DNA of 64,000 nucleotides from assembly GCA_028534125.1 (NCBI GenBank), contig CM052818.1:36706001-36770000 (forward strand), written 5' to 3'. The position numbers and the translations under genes are program-made. Positions 22,806 through 35,082 of this stretch are shown here, in pieces; within the stretch, counting starts at the first letter, position 1; each line of letters starts with the position of its first letter. Below the pieces are notes generated by a model. It searched no databases, had not been told where the DNA came from, and saw nothing but the letters and a program-made list of their open reading frames with translations. The DNA is from Lama glama (Eukaryota).

Positions 22806-25086
22806 CCAGGCCTGCCACCGGGGCACGGGACAGGTGTCCCTGAAATACCTCCAGTGCCCTGGGGAGGGCTGGTGCCTTCTCTCCCACCACCTCTCCACAG
22901 AAGTGAGCACGCAGGGGACGGCTGGAGAGGGAGCTTCCTCTGGAGCTGGCTGACCAAGGCGCTGACCGTGTGTACAGCTGGCCTGGGTCTGTCTGACACT
23001 GGTCAGCTACCACTCCCTGCTCCCTCCAGCTCTCTCCCTGAATTTCCTCCAAGGGGACAATTTCAGCCTTTACCATCCCCTTCTCCACCCACCTCCTCCC
23101 CAGCAATTGGTAAACAAACTCTAGGACTTCGGGCAGATGCTTTCATAGCTTCTATTCCCTCATTCCATCTTTCCTCTGAGTCCAAGCCCTAGGGCCAGCG
23201 GCTAAAGACCCTTTCCCAGCCCCAAGGGGGTCTGAGAGGCATTACTTCGTCACCCAGTAGAAAGCTATTTTATTTGAATAGATCTGAGGCTGTTTTCATA
23301 CGCTCAGGGAGAAAAAAAAATTGTGAAAGAGAAGCCTTTGGAGATTACGGTACTTTTTACCCAGATATGATGAGTTATCCATTTAAAAATAAATCACAGA
23401 CAGGCAAGTTTCTCTGTACCCAGGCAGAAAGCAGTCATTACCAGGAATTTCTGTAAGTTCTCTGCTTTTCTTGGCCAATATAGAAACAGCCTAGGAACTG
23501 AAAATAGAATGAGAAGCTAATTCTGTTTTCCTGATCTCTACCAATGTGTGTAGGCAAGTGGCTTGATCGCACCATGGCTTCACGTCCCATCTGAAAAAAC
23601 ACAGCACCATCGCTCACCAACCTCACGGCACTGGTGTAAACTAACCCAGTGACCGGGGAGTCCAGCCAGAGCCCACAGCAGTCATTACAAATGCACCAAA
23701 TTGCTGGGCTACAGCCTGGCAGGTCTTGATGTCCAGATGCGGGCAGGAAACAAAAGGCAAGAGCCTGTGAGTGACAAGCTCAAGGTGACATAGTTGATTA
23801 GCAGGAGAGCCAGGACCACAATGCTGGCCTCCAAACTCCCCAGCCACTGTTCTTTTTTTTTTTTCCATCCTGTCATCTCTCTACAGTTTAACTGTAACTG
23901 AAGATTCCAGGAAAGTCCCCTAAAAAGGTTAAACAACTTATCCCAACCCAGGCTTATTTCCTGCATAAAGTCCTCCTCTCTCTGCTCTCTTTTCCAGCGA
24001 GCAGTAAATCAAATATTCCTTGCTGCATTACTTTTCAAGCTCGATGTTTCTAAATCCAAAGACATCTATAAATAATACATACTCATTTATATGTACATTT
24101 AAAAGATAAAAAAAAGCCATAACAAAGATACCTGTAGATTCTTCTGAATACTAATGGCCTACTTAAAACACAGTGGAAGCAAATGGCTAATGAACACAGG
24201 TAACCACATATGTGAATTTCCTTCCATCTCGGGCCATACCCAGTGAGGGAGCCTCCGTTCTGAACTCACTCCATTCACTGCTTCTCTCCCACGGTCACAT
24301 TTAGCCATCTGCTGCTTCTTTTATATGTGGGACTGTGTATTTTTTTTCCTCTTCAGTTTTATATGAAACATTTAGCAATGAAGTAGCAAATAAAAATACT
24401 ACATATCATCTAGAATTCATATAAAATTGTAGTTGGCTTTAACGCATCTAAAGGTTGATAAAAAGAAACACATAGATGCTTCTTAAAGGCTTGTTTATAT
24501 TTTATTACACATTACACACATCTCACTCCATTGAGAAAATTTAGAAGTTGATGTGGTTCCCTCTGCCACAAGCTGGCAGGGTGAAGATTACCGCGTCTAG
24601 AGAACATTTTTCCTTTGGAACACAATGCACTCGCCTTGCAATTACCCCAGCAGACAGAAATGGCACAAATAATCCGTCAGCACTCACATCAGTCTTTGGA
24701 AGAAGGGTTTCTGGTACTTTTTTCTCCCCCAAAGGGAGCACCCTCAGTGTTGCCTGGCTACTCCATCCTTCACCCTGCCAGGCATCTCTGGTCTTTGCTC
24801 TAAGCTGAGGATGTGGCTAGAGCACTATCACCTCTCAGCAGATGTTCAGGTCAGCTAGGAGCTGGCAGAGTTGGCATCTACCCCATCGCACACCCACGTG
24901 CAGAGAAACAGGGGAAGTCACAAGGCTTCAGGTGATGAGGGCTAAGGTAACTCTGTTGGCAGGGCTGAAGGTGGTCAGAGGAGGTAGAGCTCCTGGGATG
25001 CAGGAAGCTCCTTGCCATGACCTAATCTAGGTCCCGGAGGATGAGCACACCTGAAAGATCAACCTGAAGACGTTCAGAAGGACACG

Positions 25087-25532
25087 CATCTTAGATTGAA
25101 CTCCCCTCCAAAGAGGACCCCGAAACACTGATTTGGATGCAAGGGTTTTTTTTTTTTTTTTTGAGTTGATCCAACAAAGCACCATGAGGGAGTAGGGATG
25201 TGAGACAGGAGACAGGGAAAAGTCCATCAAGGAGGCACTGACTGCTATGGGCAACCAGGGCTCATTCCTGCTGGGGATCCTCTGAGTGACTGGGTAGAAC
25301 ATATCTTAAAGTTTCCCCCCAAGACAGGAAGGAAGCTGAGGTATTTATTCATTATTTCCTACTTCTCCTTAGTCGGCAAGAGCTTTGGGGGTATCAGTCC
25401 CCCAACGCCTCCAGCCTGCCCCATGAGCACGCTGGGCACCCTCACACAGAGAGAGGAGGAAGTGGGACTGGAACGGTCAGCAGGTGCTCCCCAGGCTGGG
25501 GGAAGGGGCGTGGCACTGACAGCCTCTGTTGG
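25087..25532 (-). mobile_element. ERVL solo LTR, LTR16-like
   Basis: Ends tcttagattgaactccc... and ggggcgtggcactgacagcctct; internal gagtagggatgtgagacagg...gctgaggtatttat. Confidence 0.7.
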
Positions 25533-26174
25533 GGCAGGTAAGCCAGGGCTCTCATCAGCATCTGGGTACTGCAGGGGGCTGCAGCCTCAGCACCTGTTCA
25601 GGTGCCGTGATCACCAGGACCCACCCCTTCTGAGTGAGCAGGACCACACTCTGCTTGCCACAGTAGGAGACCTTGAGTTTGCTCCTCCCCACAGTCCACG
25701 CCGTGTCGAATGCATTTGTAATGGGATCATCTGCTATCTGTCGGCCGTGCAGCAACAATGTATGAAACATAACACTGAGGCGCAAATTAAGTGATCTGTC
25801 TGCAAGCAGCCTGTTTAGATGAAGAAGGGCCGCCGTTGACAAATCTATTAAAATTATACATAGATTATCTAAGAGCACATAGATATAGCTTAGAATGAGG
25901 ACATCGATTATGGGCATTTAAAATACAACCCGGATTAAATCACCTTGTCTCACTTGAATGGGGTAATAATAATTAAGAGAAGAGGGAGAAATAAATTATA
26001 TCCATCACCTTCCTGATTGAAAAAAAAAAGTTCAGAATTTTCATCTTTCAGGATGAAGATGCCTTAAAACATTAAGACTTCTGGCTGCTGCCATGAATCC
26101 TCCCCAAAACAGGACAGAGGGACCCAGAGAGCCCTCTGGGTACTCTCCAAATGGGAAAGGGAAAACTGGGAGAC

Positions 26175-26560
26175 CAGGTGTGCCTCTCTTGGAAAGCAGA
26201 ACCTAGACAAGAATTTGAGACAAATGGTTTATTTGGAGAGTGATGCCAGAAAGCTCAGGTAGGTGAATGGGGAAGCAAGACAGGTAAGTGAAGGAAGCCA
26301 ACAGAGACTGCCCTAAGTAAGCAAGTCATCACTGCGGACACCAAAGCCAATCTCACTGGGGACCTCTGGGGGACAGAGAAGGGCATGTCTCAGAGTTGTC
26401 CCACCTGAGGCGAGAGGAAGCTGTAGTATTTGCCGCCAACTCCTATGTCTCATCGGCTGAGGGCTCCTGTCAGTGAATTAACTCCTTGGCACTTCGGATC
26501 TGTCCCGAGTGGCCAGCAAATGGTCAAGGGGCACTGGGCTGGGGACAACTGTGGGAAAAT
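26175..26560 (-). mobile_element. ERVL solo LTR, LTR16-like (second copy)
   Basis: aagcagaacctagacaagaatttgag...gtttatttggagagtgatgccagaaagc...ctcagagttgtcccacctgagg, collinear with 25087-25532. Confidence 0.7.
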
Positions 26561-28299
26561 GAGCCTCCAACATGTGCAAACATACTGTGCTGGAAACTCA
26601 TAACCTCTGATTACTTGGATGGAATTCAATTTGCCACTTTCCAAAGCCTAACAAAAACAGAACCCCCCCCACCACCACCATGTAACCACTGAATAATATT
26701 ATAATCATTCTGCATGGAAATTGCATTATTTCCCTGATGGAAGCATAGGCTTTGAACCTCTCAGGGCTTCACCCACTACATTACTTTTCAAAGTATGAAG
26801 TAGCAGGTTCCAATTATCTGAAAAAAATTTAAAACAGTCACAGCACAATACATAGTGTGATCCAGACAGAGAGAATGAACGTTCTCCAGGACAGGCACCT
26901 TGATTAGTGCCTGTGACTGTTAAACACATTTCAGGTAATATAGTGATAATGGACATTAATAGTAGCAATAGTTCTGAAGTGCCTGAATATAATAATTTCT
27001 GATTATATTACTATTTCCTTTTGTGGTGCACAGTGCATATTTCCAAACGACTCTATGTTCATTAAACCACACAAAAGCCCAGCGGCAGTTCGGCAGAAAG
27101 GTGGCCAGAAGGGGCTTGCAGTTACTGGTGTTTGGGAAGTGGGGAAAGATGGTGGCCAGAGTTCTTGGCGGGGCCCGGCAGGCGCAGCACCACCTTCTGT
27201 GACCCGGGGCCACTGGACATGTCTGCCTATGCGCAGTGTAATAGGCTGATGGGTGTTAAAGGAGAATTCGGTGAATTAAAATTTTTGGTCTATGCCCAAA
27301 TATATGACTATCTTTTCTCCTGCATCTCCCTTAATCCCTCAGAAAAAAAGGGTGTTGCCTTATATTCAATATAGCCAATGTATCATCTGATGGACTCTAC
27401 AACCATAGAAAGACTCCTCTTACAGCGCACCCTCCCACCTAATTCAGTTAACACAGATGCAGTGGTTATTCTTGGGACTGTGACTTCACAATTTTAGTGT
27501 TGGATGTTGTTGTAAACAAGACTTTTAGAAGTCACTTTAAAAAGAAACTCAGCAATGGTTAATTGCTGCAAGAGATTGTGAATATTTACCGATAAGGAAA
27601 ATGAAACAAAAAATCACAACTGCCCCAGCTTATGGGAATTGGGACCTGTGGCTTGGGATGGCACTTTAAAGGAGGGCATAATCCGCAGGTTCAAAAAGAG
27701 CCCTCTCTCAGGAACACGGATGAAAGTGAGGCACACGAGCCCTGGAAAACTGTCAGGGGACTCAAAGAGCCATTCTAGGGATTAAAAAAATACACTGGGA
27801 ACAGAACACACACTGGAGTTGAAACTGTACCTGACAGGTTTGGATAGTGACTCATGAAACATAAGTGGGAGAAAGCAGTATTTAAAAATCAACAGTTTAC
27901 ATATTTTATAAGATTAAAGATGTGTAACTAAAGTAATTAATTACAAATTATAAGTAAACATTTTGTTGTTTCATTTATACTGCATTCCAAAAATGTACGT
28001 ATATTCAGGTTGGTTAAAAAAATATTTTGAAGCCCTTTTGTTTGGGAAAGTGGGGAACTGCCTTATATTTGGGTGTAAAGTTAGTTTTCTTAGCACTGCA
28101 GGTATGTAGTTGCCATCCTAGCAAAGGCTTAATTTAGTCTAGAAATCAACCCCTCTAGGGACAAGAGAAGGTCTGTAGCCTGACAGATCCTTCATCGTGG
28201 AGATGTGAAAACTGAAGCCCAGTGAATTCTCTGTCCTACCACGGAAGCCTTAAAGGAAGAACAGAAACGTGGAGAGAGAGCCTGAAAATCAGCAGTTGG

Positions 28300-29036
28300 C
28301 TTTTTAAAAACTGAAGCATAGTTGATGTATAATGTTGTGTTAGTTTCAAGTGTTCAGCAAAGTGATTCAATTATCAATCAATCAATCAATCCAGAGTGTT
28401 TTTCATTATAGGTCATTACAAGATACAGAATACTGTTCCCTGTATTATACAGTGAATCTTGTTGCTTACCTATTTTATCTACAGTAGTGTATATCTGTTA
28501 ATTTCAAACTCCTAATTTGTCCTTCCTCCTCCTTCTCTTCCCCTTTAGTAATGACAAGTTTGTTTTCTATGTCTCTGAGTCTCTTTTCATTTTGTAAATA
28601 AGTTCATTTGTGTCATTTTTTCAGATTCCACATATAAGTGATACCATATGTGGTATGTGTTTGTATCTGTATGACTTACTTCACTTACTAGGTAATCTCT
28701 AGGTCATTTCTATGTTGCTGCAAATGTCATTATTTCATTCCTTTTTATGGGTGAGTAGTACCCCACTGTGTGTGTGTGTAGCACATATTCTTTATCCATT
28801 CATCTGTTGATGGACAATTAGGCTGTTTCCATGTTTTGACTACTGTAAATAGTGTTGCTGTGAACACTGGGGTGCATGTATCTTTTCAAATGAGAGTTTT
28901 TGGCTTTTCCAGAAAAATGTCTAGGAGTGGGATTGCTAGATCACATGGTAACTCTATTTTTAGTTTTTTAAGGAACCTCCATATTGTTTTCCATGGTCGT
29001 TGCACCAATTTACATTCCTACCAGCAGCGCAGGAAG
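28300..29036 (-). mobile_element. 5'-truncated L1 (ORF2 C-terminus plus 3' UTR), cetartiodactyl-type
   Basis: gaagcatagttgatgtataatgttgtgttagtttc...agattccacatataagtgata...atccattcatctgttgatggac...aggaacctccatattgttttcca. Confidence 0.93.
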
Positions 29037-30054
29037 AGAACATGGCTTCTTGCAGGGACACCCCACGTGACGTCAGCCGGGCCTAGGCTCTGCACCTGTC
29101 AGGCAGGGGTAATTTGGGGCTGTGAACTCACTGGTCACAAGCTAACTTCAAAGAAACCCCCTGTTGGGGTTAATTCCACTGCATAGACACCAGCTTTCTT
29201 TTCTAAAGGGCTTTTCCTCTGGATCCCAGACCAGTTTGCCTCTCCTTGGCCCTGCCAGAACCTTGCTACTGCTTTTTAAAAGTGAAGACACATTGATTTA
29301 AAAGCATACATAAATATGAAGATAGGTCTCCCGTCTTCTTTCCAAATGGGAGGAGCCCTGCTGAGCCCTCTGGTGCCACCTCTGTCCACAACCTCGACCC
29401 CCCTGAGCAGCAAAAACCTCTCCTTCCCTCTGTTCGGGGTGCAGTACCGTCCACCTTCAGGCCTCAGTCTCCAGCTCTTTCTGTCTGTCAGTCCTGGGCC
29501 AGGAGTTGTCACATGCAACTATCCCTCCTAATGGGAGGAGGAGGTACTGTAATTAAAACCCAGGAAAGCAGGATCTGTGCTGGCTAATGATGTAGCTTTG
29601 GGCTGTGAGATCTACTTTAAATTTTATTAGTTGTGTAAATCCACCCGGCCCAACCCAGCAAAAATAGAGGGGAAAAGGTACATTTGAGAGTGGGTGGGGT
29701 GTCCTGACGGAGGAGCTATATGAGATTACCAGGGTCCTCATAAAGGTCTCAGTCAGCAAAGATTTCCCAGAAGCAAATGTTTCTCTTTCCACAGGGCACT
29801 GCAGCCACAAAGTCTCTAAAAAATTAACAGCTACACGAGAACTCCTAATCAGGATGAATTAAACTGGCTACTTCAAGGCCACGCTCCTCAAAGCTACAGG
29901 CATGGAATTTTTGGAGCAGCTGCAGGGAGAGCTGGAACGGATGAATTATGAACCGAGACCCTGTAGATGCTCCAGTCTGGTTCCAGAGCCCAGACCGAAA
30001 GTGGGAGACAGGAAAAACTGCAGGTGACCTCACGCTGGTGCATGAGTATCAGTC

Positions 30055-30235
30055 AAGGCTGGGATCCCCCATTTACAAGATTTTTACCCTTTGGCCTCAG
30101 TCTCCTCAGCAGTATAATGGGAACAAGAGCACTTCCCCATAGGGCTGCTGGGAAATTAAACGAGGTAATTCAATAAAGTACTCAGAAAAGGGTCCTGAGA
30201 CACAGCAGGTTCTTAATAAATGTTAGCGATTATTG
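30055..30235 (+). mobile_element. MIR SINE
   Basis: ggcctcagtctcctcagcagtataatggg...catagggctgctgggaaattaaacgag...aataaatgttagcgattatt. Confidence 0.8.
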
Positions 30236-30249
30236 GATTATTTGATCTT

Positions 30250-30915
30250 GCTGCCACCAGAAGGATCTTCCTAAAACACAAATCTGGTTTCGTCTCATTT
30301 GGATCCCTTTAGTGGTTTCCCACTAAACAGACAAAATCCAAAATACTTGGCCTGGTATCTGTAGCCTTAGCCCGACTCTCATGACTTCTGCCCTTCCTGG
30401 CCATGGTGCCTCCACCCTGAACTACTGGAAGCTTCTGAGTGTGCACCATGCCCCCTCCTGTCTGTCCCTCATCCCCCGCCTGGCCAGCTCCACCGTGTGT
30501 GCGTATGTGGTTACCCTCTGGTGCCTGCGCTCGCCATATGCACACATTTATTGAGGCACTTTTCACCCTATTCAGATTTTGGACTGGATGCTTCTTGGTT
30601 GTGCGGCTGTGCTGGGCACACTAGGATGTTTAGCAGCATTCTTGGCCTCCACTCACTAGACACCAGTAGCATCCTTAGTTCCCTCCTCGCACACCCAACC
30701 CCAAGCTATGACAACAAATAGATCTCCAGACACTTCCCAGTGTCCTCCAAGGCGGGAAAGGGGATTAAATTACTGCTGGTGGATAACCACTGCACTAAAC
30801 TATTAAGCCCACAGGCTCTATCTTATTTATTTCTCTATCATGGGGACCTGGTCCAGCACTTGACAAATAGTAAGTGCTCAGTAAGTGCCTGTTGAAAAAG
30901 AAAGAAGGAAATAAA
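30250..30915 (+). mobile_element. L2 fragment interrupted by MER20
   Basis: ccagaaggatcttcctaaaacacaaatctg...; tail atagtaagtgctcagtaagtgcctgttgaa. Confidence 0.7.
30565..30792. mobile_element. MER20 (hAT-Charlie)
   Basis: taggatgtttagcagcattcttggcctccactcactagacaccagtagca...tgacaacaaatagatctccagaca...aaccactg. Confidence 0.85.
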
Positions 30916-31362
30916 ATGAATCCAGTGCTTATAACATAGTAAGCATCTCCCCCAAGGATGAGATAAGCATGTTGGATCAAATAATGAGTAAGTGAATGAG
31001 ACAGATAAAAGTCTGGTAAGCGACTAACTATACAGTGGAACTGAACAAGTAAGTCCTTCTCATCACTGAACATCTTCAAGGAAAATTTCAGCCCCACCCC
31101 TCAGCCCCATCCAGCTTCCCCTCTGTCTGTCCTACTCAGCCCCTCTGCATCCCAGCAAAACTTCTTTGGGGTTGCCTGGGCCTCCTGTCGACTAATCCAC
31201 CTCCTATTCCTTCCTCAGCTCACTCTTCTACCCATCACTGCATCTCAGGTTCTCTCGTTAAGGTCACCAGTGATATACCTGTAGCTAAATCCAACAGGAG
31301 GTTTCCGCTCTTCTTCTTTGCCATCCCAGAAACCTTCAGCGCTGATGATCATTCCTTGAAAA

Positions 31363-31506
31363 CAGGGATGAGAATCATGATATTAAACAGCTGGTACAGC
31401 AGGGGCACTGACCAATCACAGTGGATGCACTGGCCACTCAGAATGACGGCTGGGCATCCGCGGTCAGTCCCACTGTGCTGTGTGTCCAGGCTGAACACAA
31501 GCCTTG
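31363..31506. mobile_element. Palindromic hAT-type MITE (family unresolved) inside L2
   Basis: Ends cagggatga / aagccttg; internal inverted arms gcactgacc..ggatgc / gcatcc..ggtcagt; flanks cttgaaaa / cttaaaca resemble a degenerate 8-bp TSD. Confidence 0.6.
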
Positions 31507-32398
31507 CTTAAACATTTCTGTCCCTCAGCTTTGATGCCACAACAGTCTTGTTTTTTCCCCCACTCCCTTGGTTGTTTTTTCGGTGTATTTTGCAGGATCA
31601 CCCTCCTCTCTCTGCTATTAAATATCGGAGTTCCTGAAGGATTTTTCCTAAGGCTCTCTACTCTTTTTTTTTCACTCCGTTCTCTTCCCCCAGATGCTCT
31701 AATCCATGCTCAGAGCTTCAATTACCTTCCATATGCTGATGATTCCCCAAAACATATTATCTCCAGCCCCCTCTTTTCCTCCGAGTTCCAGGCTGTACGT
31801 CTCATCTGCTTATCTGACACTTCCAACTTAATGTCTCAAAGGCAGTGCAACCTGCCCCTTCCTCTGACCCAAACAAAACAAAGCAACAGGGACTTCTCCA
31901 GTGCTCTGGTCTCAGTGGGCAGACAGCACCACTAACCAATCAACTGTTCAAATATGACACCGAGGAGCCTCTCCCTCCATACCCACCCCATCAACACCTC
32001 TTCTGAAATCTTCATCTCCACATCTCTCTACCTCCAGTGCCACCTTTCTCACTTGGTTCCCCTGAATCCTCACTTGCTTTTTTCTGTTCTCATGTTGCAG
32101 TCTCCAGAGAGACTTTTCTCAAAATGCGAATCTGATCCTGTGTCTCCCCTGCTTACAGCTTTTCTCATTAGTCCCAGGTAGATTGGAGCCCCAAGCATGG
32201 CCCAGGGCTGTGCATGGACCACTTCCTCTCCTGCCTCATCTCACCCCTCTCCCTGTTCTCCTCCACACTCCACTCCACTGGCCTTCTTTCAATTTCCAAA
32301 ATGTTCCATTCTCTTGCCGCAGGGACTTTCCACATGTTGTTTCCTCTCTCTTTAGCTGGGTAATGCTGATTCAGAGCCCAGCTCAAGCATCAACTCTT

Positions 32399-32930
32399 TA
32401 TTTATTTTTTTGTAAGTATAGTTGATTCACAATGTTGTGTTAGTTTCTGGTGGACAGCATAGTGAATCAGCTATGTATATATTCATAATGAATATATATA
32501 TTCTTTTTCATTATAGATTATTACAGACTATTAAATATGGTTCCCTGTGCTATATAGTAGGACCTTGTTGTTTATCTATTTTGTATATAATAGCTTGTAT
32601 CTACTAATCCCAAACTCCTAACTTATCCCCCACCAACCATCTTTACACTTTGGTAACCATAAGTTTGTTTTCCATATCTATGAGTCTGTTTCTATTTTGT
32701 AAATAAGTTCATTTGTATCCTCTTTTTAAGATTACACATATAAGTGATATCATATGATATTTGTTTTTCTCTGTCTGACTTACTTCACTTAGTATGATAA
32801 TCTCTAGGTCCATCCACATTGCTGTAAGTGGCATTATTTCATTCTTTTTTTAGGGCTGAGTATTATTCCATTGCATATATAATACCATAAGTTCTTTATA
32901 CAATCATCTGTTGATGGACATTCAGGTTCA
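32399..32930 (-). mobile_element. 5'-truncated L1 with a perfect 14-bp TSD
   Basis: Reverse L1 3' UTR (aagtatagttgattcacaatgttgtgttagtttctggtg...) flanked by aagcatcaactctt at 32385-32398 and 32931-32944. Confidence 0.95.
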
Positions 32931-33147
32931 AAGCATCAACTCTTGAGGGAAGTCTGCCTTGATCTGAGACTATATATCACATCCTCATTTATAGAGCTAT
33001 GAGAATTTATCTTTCCTTAAGGCACCTGTGTTCATAATTATAATTTGTTTGTGATTATATGATTAATTTACATTTTCCTTGCCTAGAGTGTTAACTTCAC
33101 ACAGACAGAAGCCATGACTACTTTTGTTCACATCTCTATTTCCAGTC

Positions 33148-33352
33148 CAGGGTGGGCAGCAAACTATGGTCTGTGGGCCAAACCTAGCTCGATGCCTGTC
33201 AGTAAAGTTTTATTGGAAAAAAGCTATACCCATGAGCTTCTGTATTGTTTATGGCTGCTTCTGCCCTGCAAAAGTTGACTACTTGCAACAGAGACAACAT
33301 GGTTCTCAAAGCCTAAAATATTTACTCTACAGAAAAAGTCTGCCAACCCCTG
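33148..33352. mobile_element. MER58A (hAT-Charlie)
   Basis: gcaaactatggtctgtgggccaaa...taaagttttattggaa...aaagcctaaaatatttact...gaaaaagtctgccaacccctg. Confidence 0.9.
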
Positions 33353-35082
33353 CTCTAGGCTGGAGCACCAGTGCCCAGCAGAAAGCAGACACCAATACAA
33401 ATTCGCTAAATGAAGAGTAAACAGGCAAGAATGAAATGAGTTTCTAGTAGATGCCTTGCTGTCCGCTGAGTGACTCAAATAAGCCCTCTCTAGAGCAACG
33501 TTGGCTGCCGTAGGCCTGCATCAGAACCCGTGGGGCAGTTACCAACGTGCGAGCCCTCACTTTTTCACAGGAGTGGGGATCCTTGAATTTCCTTTGGATT
33601 TTCAGCCAACAGGTCACCATAGGCAAGGAAGAAGCCATTTGTCTGACTACAGAGCCCTCGCTCCTGTGCTTCAGAGCCAGAGAAACTCTCACTGGCCATC
33701 CCATTCCAGCTGGACCCTGTCAAAATCTTGTGACAACCCTAAAGGAAGAACAGGGAATTTCAGAGCCACACCACCTCAAGGACACTGTGGGGATTCTATG
33801 GGCCCAAAGAAGTCTCAATCACACAGTGGGGGTCCTGGGTGGAGAAGGAGCCCAGAACCACACCCCAATCCCTGAAGTGAACAAAGGTCCTCTTGCCCAA
33901 AGCCTCCAAGTCCCTGCAGCTCAACAGGAATGTACCCTACCACCCCCAGGAAAAGATTGCCTTCCCCACTCCAGCCCTCAGAGACCTGGCCACTCCTCGT
34001 GCAGAGCCCACCTTGAATTCAGCCTTTGGTCAAACATCATCCTACGCTGGTCACGGTGTTTGCACGGGCCCCTCTCTCTACACCCTGCACTGCTGCAGAG
34101 GAAGGCCTGTGCTTTAAACCTCCTCCTGCCTCTGCCACCACCGCTTCCAGCTCCAGCCCCTGGACCAGGAAGACAAAGAGTACGGAGCACAGAAGGGTCT
34201 CAGCAAACACCTGGGAAAAGCCAACGGGCCTCAGAACAGACTGGATTTGAGCTGCACTGCCCGTGACACCTGAGATACTGATGGCCACCACCCCGCTCCC
34301 TTCCGCCCGGGCCTGCTTCTCCTGTGGCGTGCATGACCTGGAGTGACCCTGCCTCCCGCCCGCCTCTGCCCTCCATCCAGCGCTGCAGCTGGACCCTGTC
34401 AGCACATTTCAAACCAGCCTGGGTGCATCCACCGTCCAGCCCTGGAGGTTACTGGACTCCATGGGGCTGCCCTCCTGGTGGGAGAAGAGTCCAGAATTTT
34501 AATACTTATAAATAAATAGTAGAAAATTCCTGAAGCAGTGATAAAGCTGCATTCAAGCTGAAGCATTAAATGTGGCAGGAACAGAAAATACAATGTGAGC
34601 ATTTACACCCAAGCGCAAATAGCCAGAAACCCGCAGAGCTGGCGTGGGAGAACGTTTCCAGCTCTTCACTCGTGGGTGCTAGACGCACGCGTCACGTGGC
34701 TTTACTAGAGAAAGGGCTTCAGATTTAGTTCTCAGATGGTCTGTTAAGATCCATGGGAAAGAGAAGGAACACTCCTGAGCGAGGCCCAAATCACTGCTCC
34801 AAGGATTCTGGGTGCCCTCTTGCCGGCATCTTCCCCCTCATCCTTCCGGGTCCCTGGCACAGCTCTGGAAGCACCTGGACCGGGAACCCCCAGGGGCCCT
34901 GGCTGGGGGTTCCGTGGAGGCGGCTCCCCCTCAGGCCTGTCCCTGTCATGGCCCCTCTGCGTCAAGGGCTGGGGGCTCCTCTGCCTCGGCTTCTTCATTT
35001 ACAAAACACGAGAGGACTCCAGGTCCTGTTCTCACATAGGCGTCTGCTCCAAAGCGGAATCCTTCAAAATAGGATTGGTGGC

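Larger units (their letters stand above)
31200..33421 (+). mobile_element. L2 LINE (RT domain to 3' tail) with nested insertions
   Basis: aaggtcaccagtga...gctaaatccaa; in-frame GVPEG (31627) and YADD (31732); L2 3' tail at 33361-33421. Confidence 0.88.

Noticed and set aside
25146..25162. T17 run as the tail of a retrocopy
   Set aside because: It lies inside an LTR16-like element that is collinear on both sides; a local homopolymer expansion.
28836..29186. 116-aa ORF
   Set aside because: Antisense reading of L1 ORF2, a common spurious ORF.
33547..34266. Longest ORF (239 aa)
   Set aside because: Non-ATG start, Pro/Ser/Gly-rich composition typical of GC-rich non-coding DNA, and no recognisable domain or exon structure.
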